NCBI RefSeq assembly: GCF_964204645.1
Contig: NC_134027.1
Coordinates: 16,214,485-16,278,484 of the forward strand
Direction of reading: 5' to 3'
Length of the DNA stretch: 64,000 nt
Source: Tubulanus polymorphus
Lineage: Eukaryota; Animalia; Nemertea
Shown here: piece after piece, positions 1 through 12,879 of the stretch
How positions within the stretch are numbered: the stretch's first letter is position 1
Layout of the letters: each line of letters starts with the position of its first letter
Made by a program: the position numbers and the translations under genes
The notes under the pieces: generated by a model
Seen by the model: only the letters and a program-made list of their open reading frames with translations
Databases searched by the model: none
What the model was told of the DNA's origin: nothing

Positions 1-420
1 ATACCCTCTCGGATATAAAAGATCCCTTTCCAAAGAATACCCATTACAAATTGCAATGAAACATGGCACACCATTAGAAAGCTACAGTACTCAGAATTCA
101 GGCCAAAATTGACATTTTTGGGAACAAAAAAGGTTACAGTACGGACATCTTGAGTCCGATCGACCCAATTTTTCTCACGCCGATGGGCCCTTGGGGATAC
201 AAATATATACGAATGATCAAGGTTATTGATAAAAGTGTCTTCAAAATTTCCCTCGAAAACTTCAAAAATGTGTAAAAAGTGCTGATTTTGGCGAACAACA
301 ATGGCTGCCAGCCGGCCATCTTGAATCTGACAGGGCCAGTTTTTGGCCTGAAGATGTGTCTAGGGTAGATACACGTATAAACCAAATATCAAGACATTAC
401 CTTGAAGCGTCTTCAAAACT
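1..420 (+). mobile_element. Partial HINE/DINE-1-like non-autonomous repeat (3' part of the ctaggggtccagggacacc family)
   Basis: Highly similar to 51775-52195 and 54770-55080 of the full-length copies in this window. Confidence 0.7.
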
Positions 421-1862
421 TTGGAACTCTCACGAACTATCTAGATGGTTATCTCTCGACCTAAATAGCTTCAAGAGCCATCTCAAAACAACTTTGTTCC
501 ATGCACCATACCATTAACTCTCGGAAAGCGAATTGTATTTAACATTTTTTTGGCAGAATAAAATTTGATTGAATTTGCAATTCGGGCACATGGCTAATTA
601 GCATATCAAGGTCATACACCGATTTGGTAAAACCTTTTTTGTCGCGAACCTTGCGCAATTGTCAAGGATGAATTTTCTGTAGAGCAAATAAAAATTCCTC
701 CCAAACACCAAATCAACTAAAGATTTCATAGAAATCGATCTTGAAATACAATTTTAAATCTTAAAATAAAACCCGGAAGTAAAACAGTAGACGATACCGC
801 GGGTTCGCGTGAACACCTGATTTCTGTAAACGAAATGTTGGTTGTGACAAAATTGTTCAGACGGTTTTAGGTGGTAATACGTAGGCTACGGAAACGTAAC
901 GACCATGGTCGACCTTTTCGATGAAATCAGGCCTATGTGATATCCAAATTTTGACTTTTTTATTCTCCAGACCTCCCTGATATAGAAATAAAAAATTGTG
1001 GTGGTACGAAAGTGCAATCACAGCGCCGACGGGGACAGCGCCGTGTCAGAGATCGGCGGAGTGAAAATTGAGGTGGACGAACACGAAGAAGTAGGCTATT
1101 GCGCTACTTGAATCACGAAAATTCCTGGCGCGGCCCCCGACGCTTTTCGTTGATTAAGTAATAAAAATATCATGCAATGGGTTTTCACAATCTACCGCTG
1201 GTATTTACCGGATTTCAATAAGAAGCCTCATCAAGCAGTTTGTGTTACAAAACTCCTTATAGATAATCTTAAAGTTATTGAAAATAAAGAAATGTATCAG
1301 ACATTTTCGATTTTCTTCACACCTGATTATGATCTTTAGGGAGAGAGTGAAGAAGCCTACAATTATATAAAATAAGCATTTAAAAGTGAAACCATCAGAC
1401 TGTGAGTAGGTGATCATTATTTTCAGATGCAGGACCTAATAGTGTGACCTAGACTAGCATGTGAAGGTTTACCCATTTATATTTTTGGGAGAAGATATAG
1501 CAAGAACGAATAACATTCTGAAATAAAAATTCACATTTATCCCATTACCCGTTTTTGATTTAATCCATATGAGTAACTACTCCAAAATATAAAAATTTGA
1601 ATCGTTAAAAACTTAGATTAGCACAACAATAATTTGCAAAAGGCAAAGCGGTTTACCTTTGCGATATCTAGAAGAACGTACAATTACAGCTGTGGGAAGC
1701 ATGACACCAAATTTGATATTGGCCTTTTTGCATTTTTTTTGTATTCAGCAAAAACAAAACTAGGAAGAAAAATAAACAGTCCCAAAATTCATATTTAAGG
1801 ACTACCGGCTCATTTTCTTCCTGATCACCCAAAGCTAGCATTTGTGGCAATATTTTCATTTA

Positions 1863-2600
1863 AATCGCGTTCACACGACGACTAGTTAGACTGGTCTAAA
1901 ATGGGTCTGTACCTGTTCCCATCTGGTGAGCGTTCACACAGCGTTTTGACATGCCGTGATAAAATCACCTGTCACCGGGCCCACAAGATGTCACCATCTG
2001 CTAAATAATTAATTGAAGGCTCCTGGATGAAGTCTCGATTCCACCAGATCCACCAGAGAGAAGTAGAGCAAGACATTCTTCATTTGCCCAATTCGATCCT
2101 CTGTCAGCTTTAGACATTTTTGCGAATTAGATTTTATTCTATCACGCTGAAACTCTATGTGTCGTTTAAACACAGTTCAAAGCACGGCAGTAAAACGGAT
2201 AGGCCTAATGATCGCGATATACGAATTATAATCGCGATATACGAAACATTTCCATAGAATAGGGAGGAAAAACAGTAGTACAGTACTACAGGACAAATAA
2301 TTACATTAACGGTAATAAAAGCATTTAAAACTTAATAAACTGGACTCACACCCTACCACAGAGATTCAGAATTACAATTTAGACCGGACCTGGTACCTGT
2401 TTCTGTCCACACGCACATATATAGACCGGTCCAAATTTGGTCTGGACCTGTTTCGCTCTTTTAGACAGTGCCAAATTAGACCGGTCTAGTAGCCTGGTCT
2501 AATTTGGAACACTATTTTTGCCCGTGTGAACACTTGGTACGGTCTAAATTGGACCGCACCAAATTTAGACCGGTCTTAATTTCGTCGTGTGAACGCGCCT
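1863..2600. mobile_element. Non-autonomous PIF/Harbinger-like element
   Basis: TIRs cgcgttcacacgacga / tcgtcgtgtgaacgcg; TTA at 1860-1862 and 2601-2603; subterminal tagaccggtc repeats; minus-strand remnant MSKADRGSNWANEECLALL resembling a Myb/SANT start. Confidence 0.75.
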
Positions 2601-2719
2601 TTAGGTTTTAAATTATGTTTAATGCTCTATCCAATCATTACAGTTTCGAACAGCCTCTTGAAAGCAGATATATGATGAGACAGCAAATACTCATCAGAAC
2701 TTGACAAAACATAATTTTA

Positions 2720-3050
2720 ATGTCATTTGATATGTGTAGAGCGCTAACAAGTAATTAAATATATCTGCCACCTGCAGCTATGTTGGAAGAGTGAGTAAGC
2801 AAATACTCGACAGGTTTCATCCATGGGCTGGCTTACCCCATTACACAAACCAAGTTTAGAAGAAATGGCATGTTATTTGATGTATGTAGAGAACTAACAA
2901 GCAATTCAAGTTATCAGCTGGGGCAACCATATAGAAGCGAGTTAAGCGTAAAAACAAATTTTCGGTAGGTTTCATCCAAGGGCTTAACCCATTACACATT
3001 CCAAGTTTAAAAGAAATCCATGTTATTTGATGTGTGTAGCGTGCTAAGGA
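2720..3050. repeat. Degenerate tandem repeat, ~150-bp unit, 2-3 copies
   Basis: Recurring tatttgatgtrtgtag...ctaa and ggtttcatcca...cccattacaca..ccaagttta blocks. Confidence 0.6.
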
Positions 3051-3107
3051 GGCAAAAGCACATGGCTCACAATCGCACAGTGCATGCTGGGTAAAATAGA
3101 ATGTTAA

Positions 3108-4546
3108 AGGGTAACTGATACTTTTTTTTAAATTTCAAAATATGATGTATTCTATTGATCTATACACTCATCTTCAACCGTTCTGTTCCAAAATGTTTAG
3201 TTTATGCGCAATTTGTGATTTTGTTACAAGATTTTTGACCTCATTTGTTGTTTACATCGCTTCCTGTTCAGCGTCGGCTAAATTAGCAGGTGCGCGCTGC
3301 AACGTCATTAAAGGTAGCGCTGAGAAATATTGTCTATAGAAATGCATTGAATTTTGAGGAAACTGTGTGTATTTTCTGTTATATCTCAATGCCAGATTGT
3401 TTTACAGCTTTGAAACTGGCCTGGGAGGTAAAAGGATCTATTGTCTATTGCATAAAACTATTTCAAAGAATCAATGAGTAATTTGAATAGGCTAAATCGA
3501 TCAAATTGAAGATGCAGATTTCAATCCGATGCTATGAAGCTATTTAAGTACCCTATGCTAAGCTCTGAGCACTGTTACTGCTGCTCCATAGTTCATCTAT
3601 TAGTTCAGCACCACAAGCATACTATACAGTGTCTTATAAGCGATCACAGATTTCGATCTCGCTAAAGAATAAATAGATTCATATTCGTTTACTATTTACT
3701 ATTTTTCATAGTCATTTAAGACTAAGTAGTTTGAAAACTAACACTTCAAAACTCTACAAAAACTTTCAATAAATTTCTACAGCCTTTACAACAAATATTC
3801 AAAGGAATAATGTTTTTCAATTAAAGTTTCACGCTGCAATAGAGTTTTGATAGTTTACATCACAAATCTTTCTCGAACATTATTTCTAAGTTTTAAAATA
3901 GGATGGATGAGGAAATATTCTAATTTTGTGACCAAAGCCGCTACCAATACGAGGTACATTTCAAGAAAAGAATTGAAATTGTTCTTGCAGCTAATTCTGT
4001 CTAAGTTTCATCAGTTCTTAGATCTAACCATGATCTTACTTACTATCACTAAATGATAATACAAAACGATGATTTAAACATCCGTGTTCTTTGCTGTCTA
4101 CTAGAAAATGCCATGGATTGCTATTCAAATCCTATTTTTGCGCTTAGTTTGAACAGTTATGGTCCGCTCAACAGCTAATTATAATCATTGATATGTAGAC
4201 TTTCAAAATCATGAGGCATTTTGTCTCAATTCGAATGCCAAATAGGTATAAGTTGAATTGAATTGATAAGTTGAATAAGTTGAATTGCTCTAGCTTATTT
4301 CCTATTCATTTCTATAGATATCATTTCCGGGCCGTCACTTTAGTGACGTAGTTCTATTAATAGACACAGTACCACACGTTCAGCAGAAGCAATGTATACA
4401 CTGAACAGGTGCTCGAACATCAGTCATCAATTCTGACTAGATTGAAAAGATTTTTCCAATAATGAAATCACCTAGCCTTATTGTATACTATACTATATTG
4501 TTTAGTGTAAAAAGTTGAAAATCTTTAAAAAAGTGTCAGTTACCTT
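3108..4546. mobile_element. Non-autonomous TTAA-targeting DNA transposon (Kolobok-like)
   Basis: TTAA at 3104-3107 and 4547-4550 flanking TIRs agggtaactgatactttttt / aaaaaagtgtcagttacctt; purine-purine termini. Confidence 0.75.
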
Positions 4547-5636
4547 TTAACTTGCCCTACTAGGGTGACATAATTTGTGAAATTTTCAATACTGTATACA
4601 GCTATTTTATGAGTTTTATAGATATTTTCCTGTTTCAACAACACACAATGAATATGAATATGTATTTACAACTAACATATATTCAAATATTTGAACAAAA
4701 TATTTCATTTCTTTAATCGAATTATAACAGTAATACATTATTAACTCAGTCACTTTGTTCAGAAACCAGATCGAATAATTGATAGAACAGATTGAGTTCT
4801 TTAATAGCGGTGTTATAATAGCATAATGTTGGATGAATGACAATAGATCTATTGTGTGATCATGGGGAGAACAGATGGAGTGCGAGATATGGCTAATCTA
4901 ATCAAAATAGATCTTACCCCCGGTCTAGCCCTTACAAAAAATTCACATATGTTATGTGCGTGAATAACACACATTACATGTCTGAAAGGCGTGAAAGACA
5001 CCAAAAACTCATGCGATTCCAGCCATCACACGTGTGATCTGTGATGTGGTTGCCCATGACACGTGTGAATTACACATGATCACACGTGTCATTGTGAAAT
5101 ACATGTGTGATTCACACATGTGATTGGTTTAACAACACAGATCACATGTGTAACCGCTGGGATCACACATGTCATAGAATAACACATGTGATTAACATCA
5201 GTTATTCCAATCTGCAACACGTGTGATTGTACATGTGATCACTTCGGATATGAACCATTCAAATGTTGCTTCCAAATTCTGAACATCTGCATTTTTGTCA
5301 TCGATTCCATTTTGGAATAAAAATATTTCCATAACTGTACTCATTATTTCAACATTTTCAACACATACGTGGTTAGATTTTAGGCCACGCCAACAGTGCA
5401 AAAACCTAGTATGTCCATTCCTAGTTTGTATTTCCATTCGGCTAAATTAATAAAAATTAGGTCATTATATATTTTTGCATTCGCTGTTGAGTTAAAAAAA
5501 ACATAAACATTCAAAAAAGACTTCGAAAAATTATCAGGTATTTACGGGATTCGAGCCGTTCATGACAGCTAGCAAAGGAATGGGAATGAGCATGCAGGTA
5601 TGCATGGCGCCATTTGCAATTATTTCGAGGATGTTT

Positions 5637-6832
5637 TTAGCCCACTTGGGGCTTACGTCCCAGCTGGCTATTGCGTCGTCCGTCCGTTCGTCCGTAGACG
5701 GAATCCAGTTATTTTGTGAAGTTTTGAAGACGTTTTAAGGTAATGTCTTGATATTTGGTTTATACATGTATCTACCCTACACAGATCTTAAGCCCAAAAA
5801 CGGGCCCTGTCTGATTCAGGGTGGACTGGAAGCCATTGTTGTTTGCCAAAATCAGCACTTTTTACACATTTTCCAAGTTTTCGAGGGAAAATTTGAAGAC
5901 GCTTTGATCAATTACCTTGATCTTTCGTTTATATTTGAATCTACCAAGGGCCCATCAGCATAAGAAAAATTGGGTCGATCTGACTCAAGATGGCCGTCCT
6001 ATGACTTTTTTAGTGCCCTAAAATGTCAATTTTGGTCCGAATTCTAGGTCCTGTAGCTTCCTACTGGTTTGCCATTTCTCATTACAATTTGTGATGGGTA
6101 TTCTTTGGAAAGGGATGTTTTATACCTGAGACAGGTATTTTTGGTCAGCCAATTATGACGCAATTGGCGGCCATCTTGGTGTCATCAAGACTCATTCGTA
6201 GGTGGGAAAAAGTTTTTCCACGTTTAATTGATACCTAAGCATATTGTGTTACTATATTCAATTGGAAAGTTGTACCCCATAACGTGTTCTATGATTTTGG
6301 TGAGTTTCAAGGTCATTGGTTTTTGTATGTGGCCACCAGGATATTTTGTTACCACAATCAATTGCAAAGTTGAAGCTCATGACATCTTCCATGATTTTGG
6401 TGAGTTTTAAGGACATTAGTTATTGTATATGGTCACCAGGGGGCGTTGAATAGTAGAATAACTTAGTATTTCCTTATTAGATTGGTACCTAGGCATATTT
6501 TGTTACCACGATCAATAGCAAAGTTGTATTTCATGACATGTACTACGATTGTGGTGAGTTTTAAGGTCATTGGGTTTTGCATGGTCACCAGGGGGCGTTG
6601 AATAGTAGAATAACTTAGTATTTCCATATTAAATTGGTAACGAGGCATATTTTGTTATCACAATCAATTAAAAAATCATAGCTGCTGACATGTTCTATGA
6701 TTTTAGTGGGTTTCAAGGTCATTGGTTTTTGTATATGGTCACTAGGGGGTGTTATGTATTGAAATTGTTAAATTGTTGAGCATTTGAAACCACTTCCAAA
6801 GTGGGCATGGTGTCCGCCCTGGACCCCTAGTT
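5637..6832 (-). mobile_element. Full-length HINE/DINE-1-like element (Helentron-associated, inferred)
   Basis: Reverse complement of 51019-52293: 5' ctaggggtccaggg, sub-terminal gcccactt inverted repeat, internal ~155-165 bp tandem units, GTCC microsatellite, 3' hairpin. Confidence 0.75.
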
Positions 6833-7221
6833 GCTGTTTTTAGTCAATTTTCATGGTTAATTCCATAGTTCGAACAGTCTGGTGTTTGAATTCAAGCTCC
6901 AAGGCAAGTATTATTGTGTTTCATCAAATATTTATAGTCGACGATGATGATTGAATTTACTGTAATCGGTAAAATCTGTGGCGTGTGCTGAATCAATTAA
7001 ATCAAATTCATCCAAACTTTATTTGATGCATGGCAAAGTACAACATGTCCATGTCTAGCTTTTTCAAGTAGGCCTAGCTTACACCATGAACTCTTTTTAA
7101 ATCACAATCTGTCCAGTCATGAAAAGACCATTTATGAATGGAAAGGCTCAGTGAAAGTCAGATTGTGAAACTTAACCTAAACCTCAGTCAGATCCTATCT
7201 AATCTTTCCATTTATGTACAG

Positions 7222-9910
7222 GTGTAAACGTAAAACCAAGCACGAGGCATGTCGCCTCTCAGTTCCCCACGAAATCCAAGAGATGTGGAATAGGCTTATA
7301 TAGTTTTAATGCGGTAGCTGTCCAAAGTGATAGTGACATTGACGATGAAGACGTAGAATACGATTATGACGACCCAGATTATGTACCGGCGGAAGATGAG
7401 GATGAACAGTGTCAAGAAGATGAAAGGTATGTCGTATAGATATTAATTTGAGAAGTTCCTAGGCCTAACTTATTCATACTAAATATGAAATATTCTTATG
7501 TAGGTATACATGTACCCCTGGTGTCTAATTTCAGGGATGAATCGTAGCAACCTGGTGAGAAATTCTATATGATCTCCGAGAGTCAACTGATGTCGCTGTT
7601 CAAAATGTGCCCGCAATGTGTCACTGAAACAGAGCCCAAAATTAAAACATCAAATGGAACTGACATCTCTGTGCATCAGGAATGCCAATCTGGGTTTTTT
7701 GGTTTTAAGCGTGTCTGGCACAGCCAACCGAAAATAGCCAATGTGCCTGTGGGAAATATATCTCTCAGTGCTGCAATACTTTTTGCTGGATTGGCTCCAA
7801 TAAAGCCTTGCGTTTGTTTCAACATATGAATGTGCAGAGCATTTCATATGATACGTTGATGAAACATCAATCAAAGTACTTAATTCCAGCCGTGAATGAG
7901 GTGTTTACCAGAGAAAGTGAGGCTCTGTTGTCATCTTTGAAAGAAAAAGATTCCGATGGTATTGTTGCCCTTGGTGATGGTAGAGCTGACAGTCCTGGTA
8001 GGCCCATGCACTTTTTACGTTTGAAATTATCATAATTCAAATTAGCAATTTTCCATGCCAATTTACCTGATTTTCATCTAGGTCACACTGCCAAATATGG
8101 AACCTATACCATAATGGAAAAGAACTCGAACAAAATCATATCGGCAAAGCTTGTACAGGTGTGTAAAATATTGTAAATTAGTTCTTATAAAAATTACACA
8201 TTTCTCTTTTAATTTAACTTATAACATCGACTTCATTCTTTAGTCAAACGAAGTAACATCTAGTTCGGCCATGGAGAAGGAAGGGTTGATACGAGCTCTT
8301 GATGAACTGTCATCATTTGGTATCGTTGTCAAAGAACTGGTGACTGACAGACACGTTTCTATCCTGAAAATGATGAGAACTGATTATTCCAACATTAAAC
8401 ACAGTTTTGATGTTTGGCATCTTGAAAAAAGTAGGGTATCTGACTTTTGTTACAAATTTGTTTTCAAAATGATTGTTCAAACAATATTTCCTCACCTTTT
8501 TAGGTCTTGGAAAAAAGCTATTGGCTGTTGGTAATGAAAGAGGGTGTCAGCTCGTCTATGATTGGAAGCCTGCAATATCTAAACATCTGTATTGGTGTGC
8601 CACTAATGGTGGTGATGGAGAAAAATGAGGCTATCTGGGTGGCTCTTTCTAATCATATACAAGATATACACGTCCATGATAACCCCTATTGTCCTGCATG
8701 TCAACACGGAGAAATAGCAGAAAGAGAACATTTCACTAGCCGTAAGTTTAAGCTGTAACTGTTGTCATAACATGGCTATGTTGTTTTCTATTGTTGATCA
8801 TATTTTGACTCCTTTAACAGTTAATTGATGGACACTATATGTAATGGTAAATCTCATTGATGGACACTATGTTGTTGCTTTTGGCTTTACTTGTTACATG
8901 TATTTACACACTTCTAATCTATTTTCTCTCACTATAAGCTTATGTGTAATTCTGTGCAGGCACATTGATGCCATGAATCCTACAAAAAGCCTTTATTTAG
9001 GGGCTGGACTAGAGACTATATGGGTTGAAGGGGCTATATCTAAAATATCTATCACCAAAGTATCTTTTGCTCACATTCTCCTGGTTTATCCTACAGCACT
9101 TTTTTTTACATTTCGGTAAATTGCACTGTGGTTACACTGGTACATATATATACTATAATATTTATAAAAAGATATATATCATGAAGTATTAATCTTCATA
9201 TTCCATGTATAGATTCGAAGGCATATACCAGGCTGACTGATGTAGCATTCAAAACACATTTCAAGAATGATGTAAAATGTCTATCGCCGAACAGTGTAAC
9301 GTCTGGAGTTGAGTCTTTCCATTCACTCCTCAATCATCTAGCGCAAAAATGCTACCAATACATTTTAGTTATCATGGAATAACAGCTAGGTAGGAATTTG
9401 TTAGCATATCAGTTCGATTCCTAATAACAAGAATTGAGGATCTCTGCTGAAAAACAATGCGATTGTTATATTCAATTCTGTACATTTGCTTGATCTACAG
9501 GTATCTTATTGCTGTATTACATCACAATGAAAACGTCAACAGAAGACAGGCTGAGACCAAAGACGGGGAAGATAGATATAACGTTGTGTATCCCAAGTTC
9601 AAGAAAGGAAGTCATGCACTATGCAAAGTGTTTGAGCAAGCAACCTTTAGTAAGTTTCAAACATGGACTTTTAGAGTATACACGTACATGTACATGTATT
9701 TGTATCTTAAAATTGAATTTTTCTTTTTTCCAGACTACATTAAACCACTTATGGCCTGTGTCTTCGGGCGCCTTGCATCTGGGAGGAAATACTTGAGTGA
9801 TAGAACTAAACCACCACCTCTCTCAAGTTCAGCAAAAAAAAATCACAAAAGGTGAAGCTTTTAGATTGCATAAGACCAGAATGACCAGGTTCACGGAAGA
9901 CAAAGAGTAG
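7222..9910 (+). pseudogene. Spliced Kolobok-type DDE transposase, disrupted
   Basis: About 8 GT-AG exons reconstruct motifs LFKMCPQC, GDGRADSPGHTAKYGTYTIME, VQSNEV..S.AMEKEGL, VTDRH, HSFDVWH, NHIQDIH..CQH, TSGVESFHS, LHHNEN; frameshifts and stops present. Confidence 0.8.
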
Positions 9911-10061
9911 ATGACGGTTGAGTTCTCGGATGCTAGAACATAATTAATAATTTAAGAATATAACTTTCTTTCAACCGAATTGTTTTATTAGAAAATTTAA
10001 GTTACAAAATTTAATACTTGTATATACAAGTTTTAACAGTAATTAATTCAATGTTGGTAAT

Positions 10062-11250
10062 TAAAATCCACGGTTTCATCAGGATAGGTTTCTCGAATTA
10101 TTTTGACCACACACGAAGGAAGAGGAACTCTTTTCTTTTTGCCAAGGATTCCATTAGCACTATTGTATAAAGCGACGATAACCTGTGTATCTGTACTTCC
10201 TGTAAATATTTCCAAAAATGGCGAAAATTAATTCATAGTTCCATGTTGTTTAACTAACGAAACTGAACATTTGAGCGAAAAATTGTTACAAAATATATGT
10301 GATCACATTAATTGAATAATAATATATGAAGCCTATATCTATTGAGACATAATCTATGGCTTTTTACTTACGCTATATTTGGCATGTCTGGTTCAATGTA
10401 GCCATCTGCCTTTAGGTACTGATACCCCATTTCAAGTGACCAAGGATCCAAGCATACAGAGTGGAACCCAGGATGCGCAAATATGCATCTTATATCGCTC
10501 CCACCCTCTTCTGCGACAAACTGTTCCATTTTTCCAAGCACTGGGTTTTTTTCTTGGCAGCAGTAACTCTCCTCAATCATTTCCATAGGAATGCAGTTCT
10601 GACACTGACACCTAGAGATAGAGAACTAATACATGTACAGAGCCATTAAATTTGAATTAGGCCTACTGGTAACTGAGAGCAGAAATATATCAATCTGATG
10701 TAGCCCTTACCAATCATTATTCCCTATCCTCTGAATTTCCTCCACACACTCCATAGCACCAATGTTATCTTCTCTCTGTTCTTTGCGAAGTGGTTCAAGG
10801 GCATATGGATCGAGAATTAGGCCTACTGGCCCATTATCACTTCCAAGGTCATCATCACTCCCTGAATCTGGTGATTTTTAAATAAATAAATCAGATATAG
10901 TCATATAGCTCCGTTTCGGTTTGAACTACATGATTGCTCGTATGTTTGAGTGAGTAAAGTTTGTTTACTTCAGTGGTAGCCTCAAAAGCAAGCAGTTAAA
11001 CTGTTCGCTATATCTACCGTACTGAACCCGGAAGTAAAATCAGCAAGTGAGCTTGCCGACAGAGGGAAGATAAATTAAAATCTTAGCATTAGTACAACTC
11101 AGATTGACTCTTGAGTGAGAGGGAACATGCTTCACAATAAAGGATATTAGAATACGTAAAAATACCTGCACCAGATGATGTATCGGCAGCAGAATCAGAC
11201 TCTAAATCCGAGTAGTCACTGTCGCTTAACGCATTGCTGGGTACTGCCAT
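10062..11250 (-). pseudogene. KolX / P2X7 cytoplasmic-ballast-like Cys-rich protein, spliced, disrupted
   Basis: Exons ~11166-11250, ~10711-10862, ~10371-10612, ~10062-10199 give WCQCQNCIPM..ESYCCQE..CIFAHPGFHSVCLD..YRYTGYRRF..LGKKKRVPLPSCVVKIIRETYP; convergent with the transposase. Confidence 0.75.
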
Positions 11251-12747
11251 TTTGTTTATATAAACCTCTGACGTCATCAGGTCACGTGATACATTCGCGC
11301 ATTTTCAGTACTGTACATTGATTTTAGGCAATTTTATACGCGATAATTATTACTTTATAGATTTCTAAAAATAAAAACACGGACACATTCAACTACCAAA
11401 ATGTATTTATTTTCAATCTCCAAGACCTGTTAACTCAAATTCTAGAACTACTTTAATCACTTACAAATGAAAATGGAATTTTCCATTATTAATTTAGGGA
11501 GTAAGTACATACATTTCCTTGAGTAGTGATTTATGTATATAAAAAATGAAACGTATACTTTCAGCCGGAACAAATTACTGAAAAAGAGTCTGTTATGGTA
11601 GGTGTGACCAGATGATTGATATTAGGGATATTGATTTATTGGTTTATTGTTTGGAATTGTGTGCAATATTAAAAGGTTTTATAAATTTGTCTCATTCCAG
11701 ATCAATGTTTTGAAGTACAGATCAGGGGTTACCATGGTCGAAATTAGAAAGAAGATTGGACAAAACCTGAAACAGTATAAATCGATGAAGTAAATCTGTA
11801 AATATTTGAAAATAAAATTCCCATTAACATGTACACAAGTGAGTTATTACATTTGCTTGGTAATTTTGAAACTACATTTCGTTTTGCCATTATGTGGATC
11901 TCCTTTCAGGCAATGAGTTTTTAGGAAATTGTGAAGTTTGGATAAAACATCATGTCCAGAGAAAGAAGTGGTCAAATTTTGACCATTATGAATGTGTATT
12001 TATACCACTTCGTGAATAGTCGTGTGGAGCCTGAACAATGAGGATGACTGCAGATCACATGCGTTTTAAATCACACATGAATGTGTTATATGACATGTGT
12101 GATTCACATTCAGGGCTGTATCACACGTGTGATCTTTTAAATCACACGTGTGATAATGTCCCATTTTTACACATTTGAATCACACATGTTTTTTGTAAGG
12201 GAGAGCAGGGATGAGATGCTATTGCCATAAAATCTGTGGTATTCGATGACTTAAGTACCAGAATGTCAGCATTTGCGTGGCCCGAAGCATTTATAGGGGG
12301 ATTATGGGGTCTGGCCCAGAGAAAATATTAGAAATTAGAAGTGTTTTCCTTGCGTATAACGAATCCATAACAACCACCATATCTTTTCCATATTTCTAAT
12401 GTGGCACCTCCACATTCCATTGACAATCAGCATCTCAAGCAGTACATGTCAAGCCCCTGGATTGTTGTTTTTTAAATGTGCCGAAGACATGACTACTGTT
12501 GTCACATGCCTGCAATCAATTATATATATACTTGTATATTTTCGTATACAGAAATCTGCGGAATTCTCATCCCATCTACAGAGGGTGATATCACAAAATT
12601 TCTGCAGGGAATTCTCTTCCCATCTGGTGGGTGATATCAAAAGTTGATGTGTGCGATCCAACCAGTTAAGGATAATGGCTATGTTTTTCCAAGAAAATTC
12701 ATATGTAAGAAAAACGCTTATGGGTGACACAGCTGGAGAACTGTTAC

Positions 12748-12879
12748 CTTTTCTTGCAGATCTTCTAATTGATTTTGATGTTCAGCCACTGCTAATTCAC
12801 GTTCAGCTGTTATCTGTACACTTTCTCTTAAAGCTTCTTCCAATTCTTCGATACGCTCTTCATTCTGCTTAATTATATT
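12748..12879 (-). CDS. ERC1: ERC1/2 (ELKS/CAST) coding exon
   Basis: AG..GT bounded 132-nt exon encoding NIIKQNEERIEELEEALRESVQITAERELAVAEHQNQLEDLQEK; RIEELEEALRESVQITAERE is the conserved ELKS motif; phase matches exon 56530-56665. Confidence 0.93.

Larger units (their letters stand above)
6900..11452 (+). mobile_element. Kolobok-type transposon (left end not found)
   Basis: Convergent transposase + KolX-like gene pair; candidate right terminus ...ctagaactact followed by TTAA (11453-11456); start coordinate approximate. Confidence 0.6.
4929..12201. mobile_element. EnSpm/CACTA-like DNA transposon shell with nested insertions
   Basis: TIR cccttacaaaaaa / ttttttgtaaggg, 2-bp AG duplication on both sides, dense acacatgtga-type subterminal repeats at 4940-5250 and 12050-12190. 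Confidence 0.7.

Noticed and set aside
134-385. Recurrent short ORFs (also 5748, 52035, 54777, 63645)
   Set aside because: They lie in HINE-like repeats and the frames are not conserved between copies.
10062-11250. Host P2X7 receptor gene
   Set aside because: Only the Cys-rich ballast-like part is present, with no channel domain, and it is paired with a transposase and contains stops.
12651-12872. Plus-strand 73-aa ORF
   Set aside because: Antisense to the ERC exon at 12748-12879.
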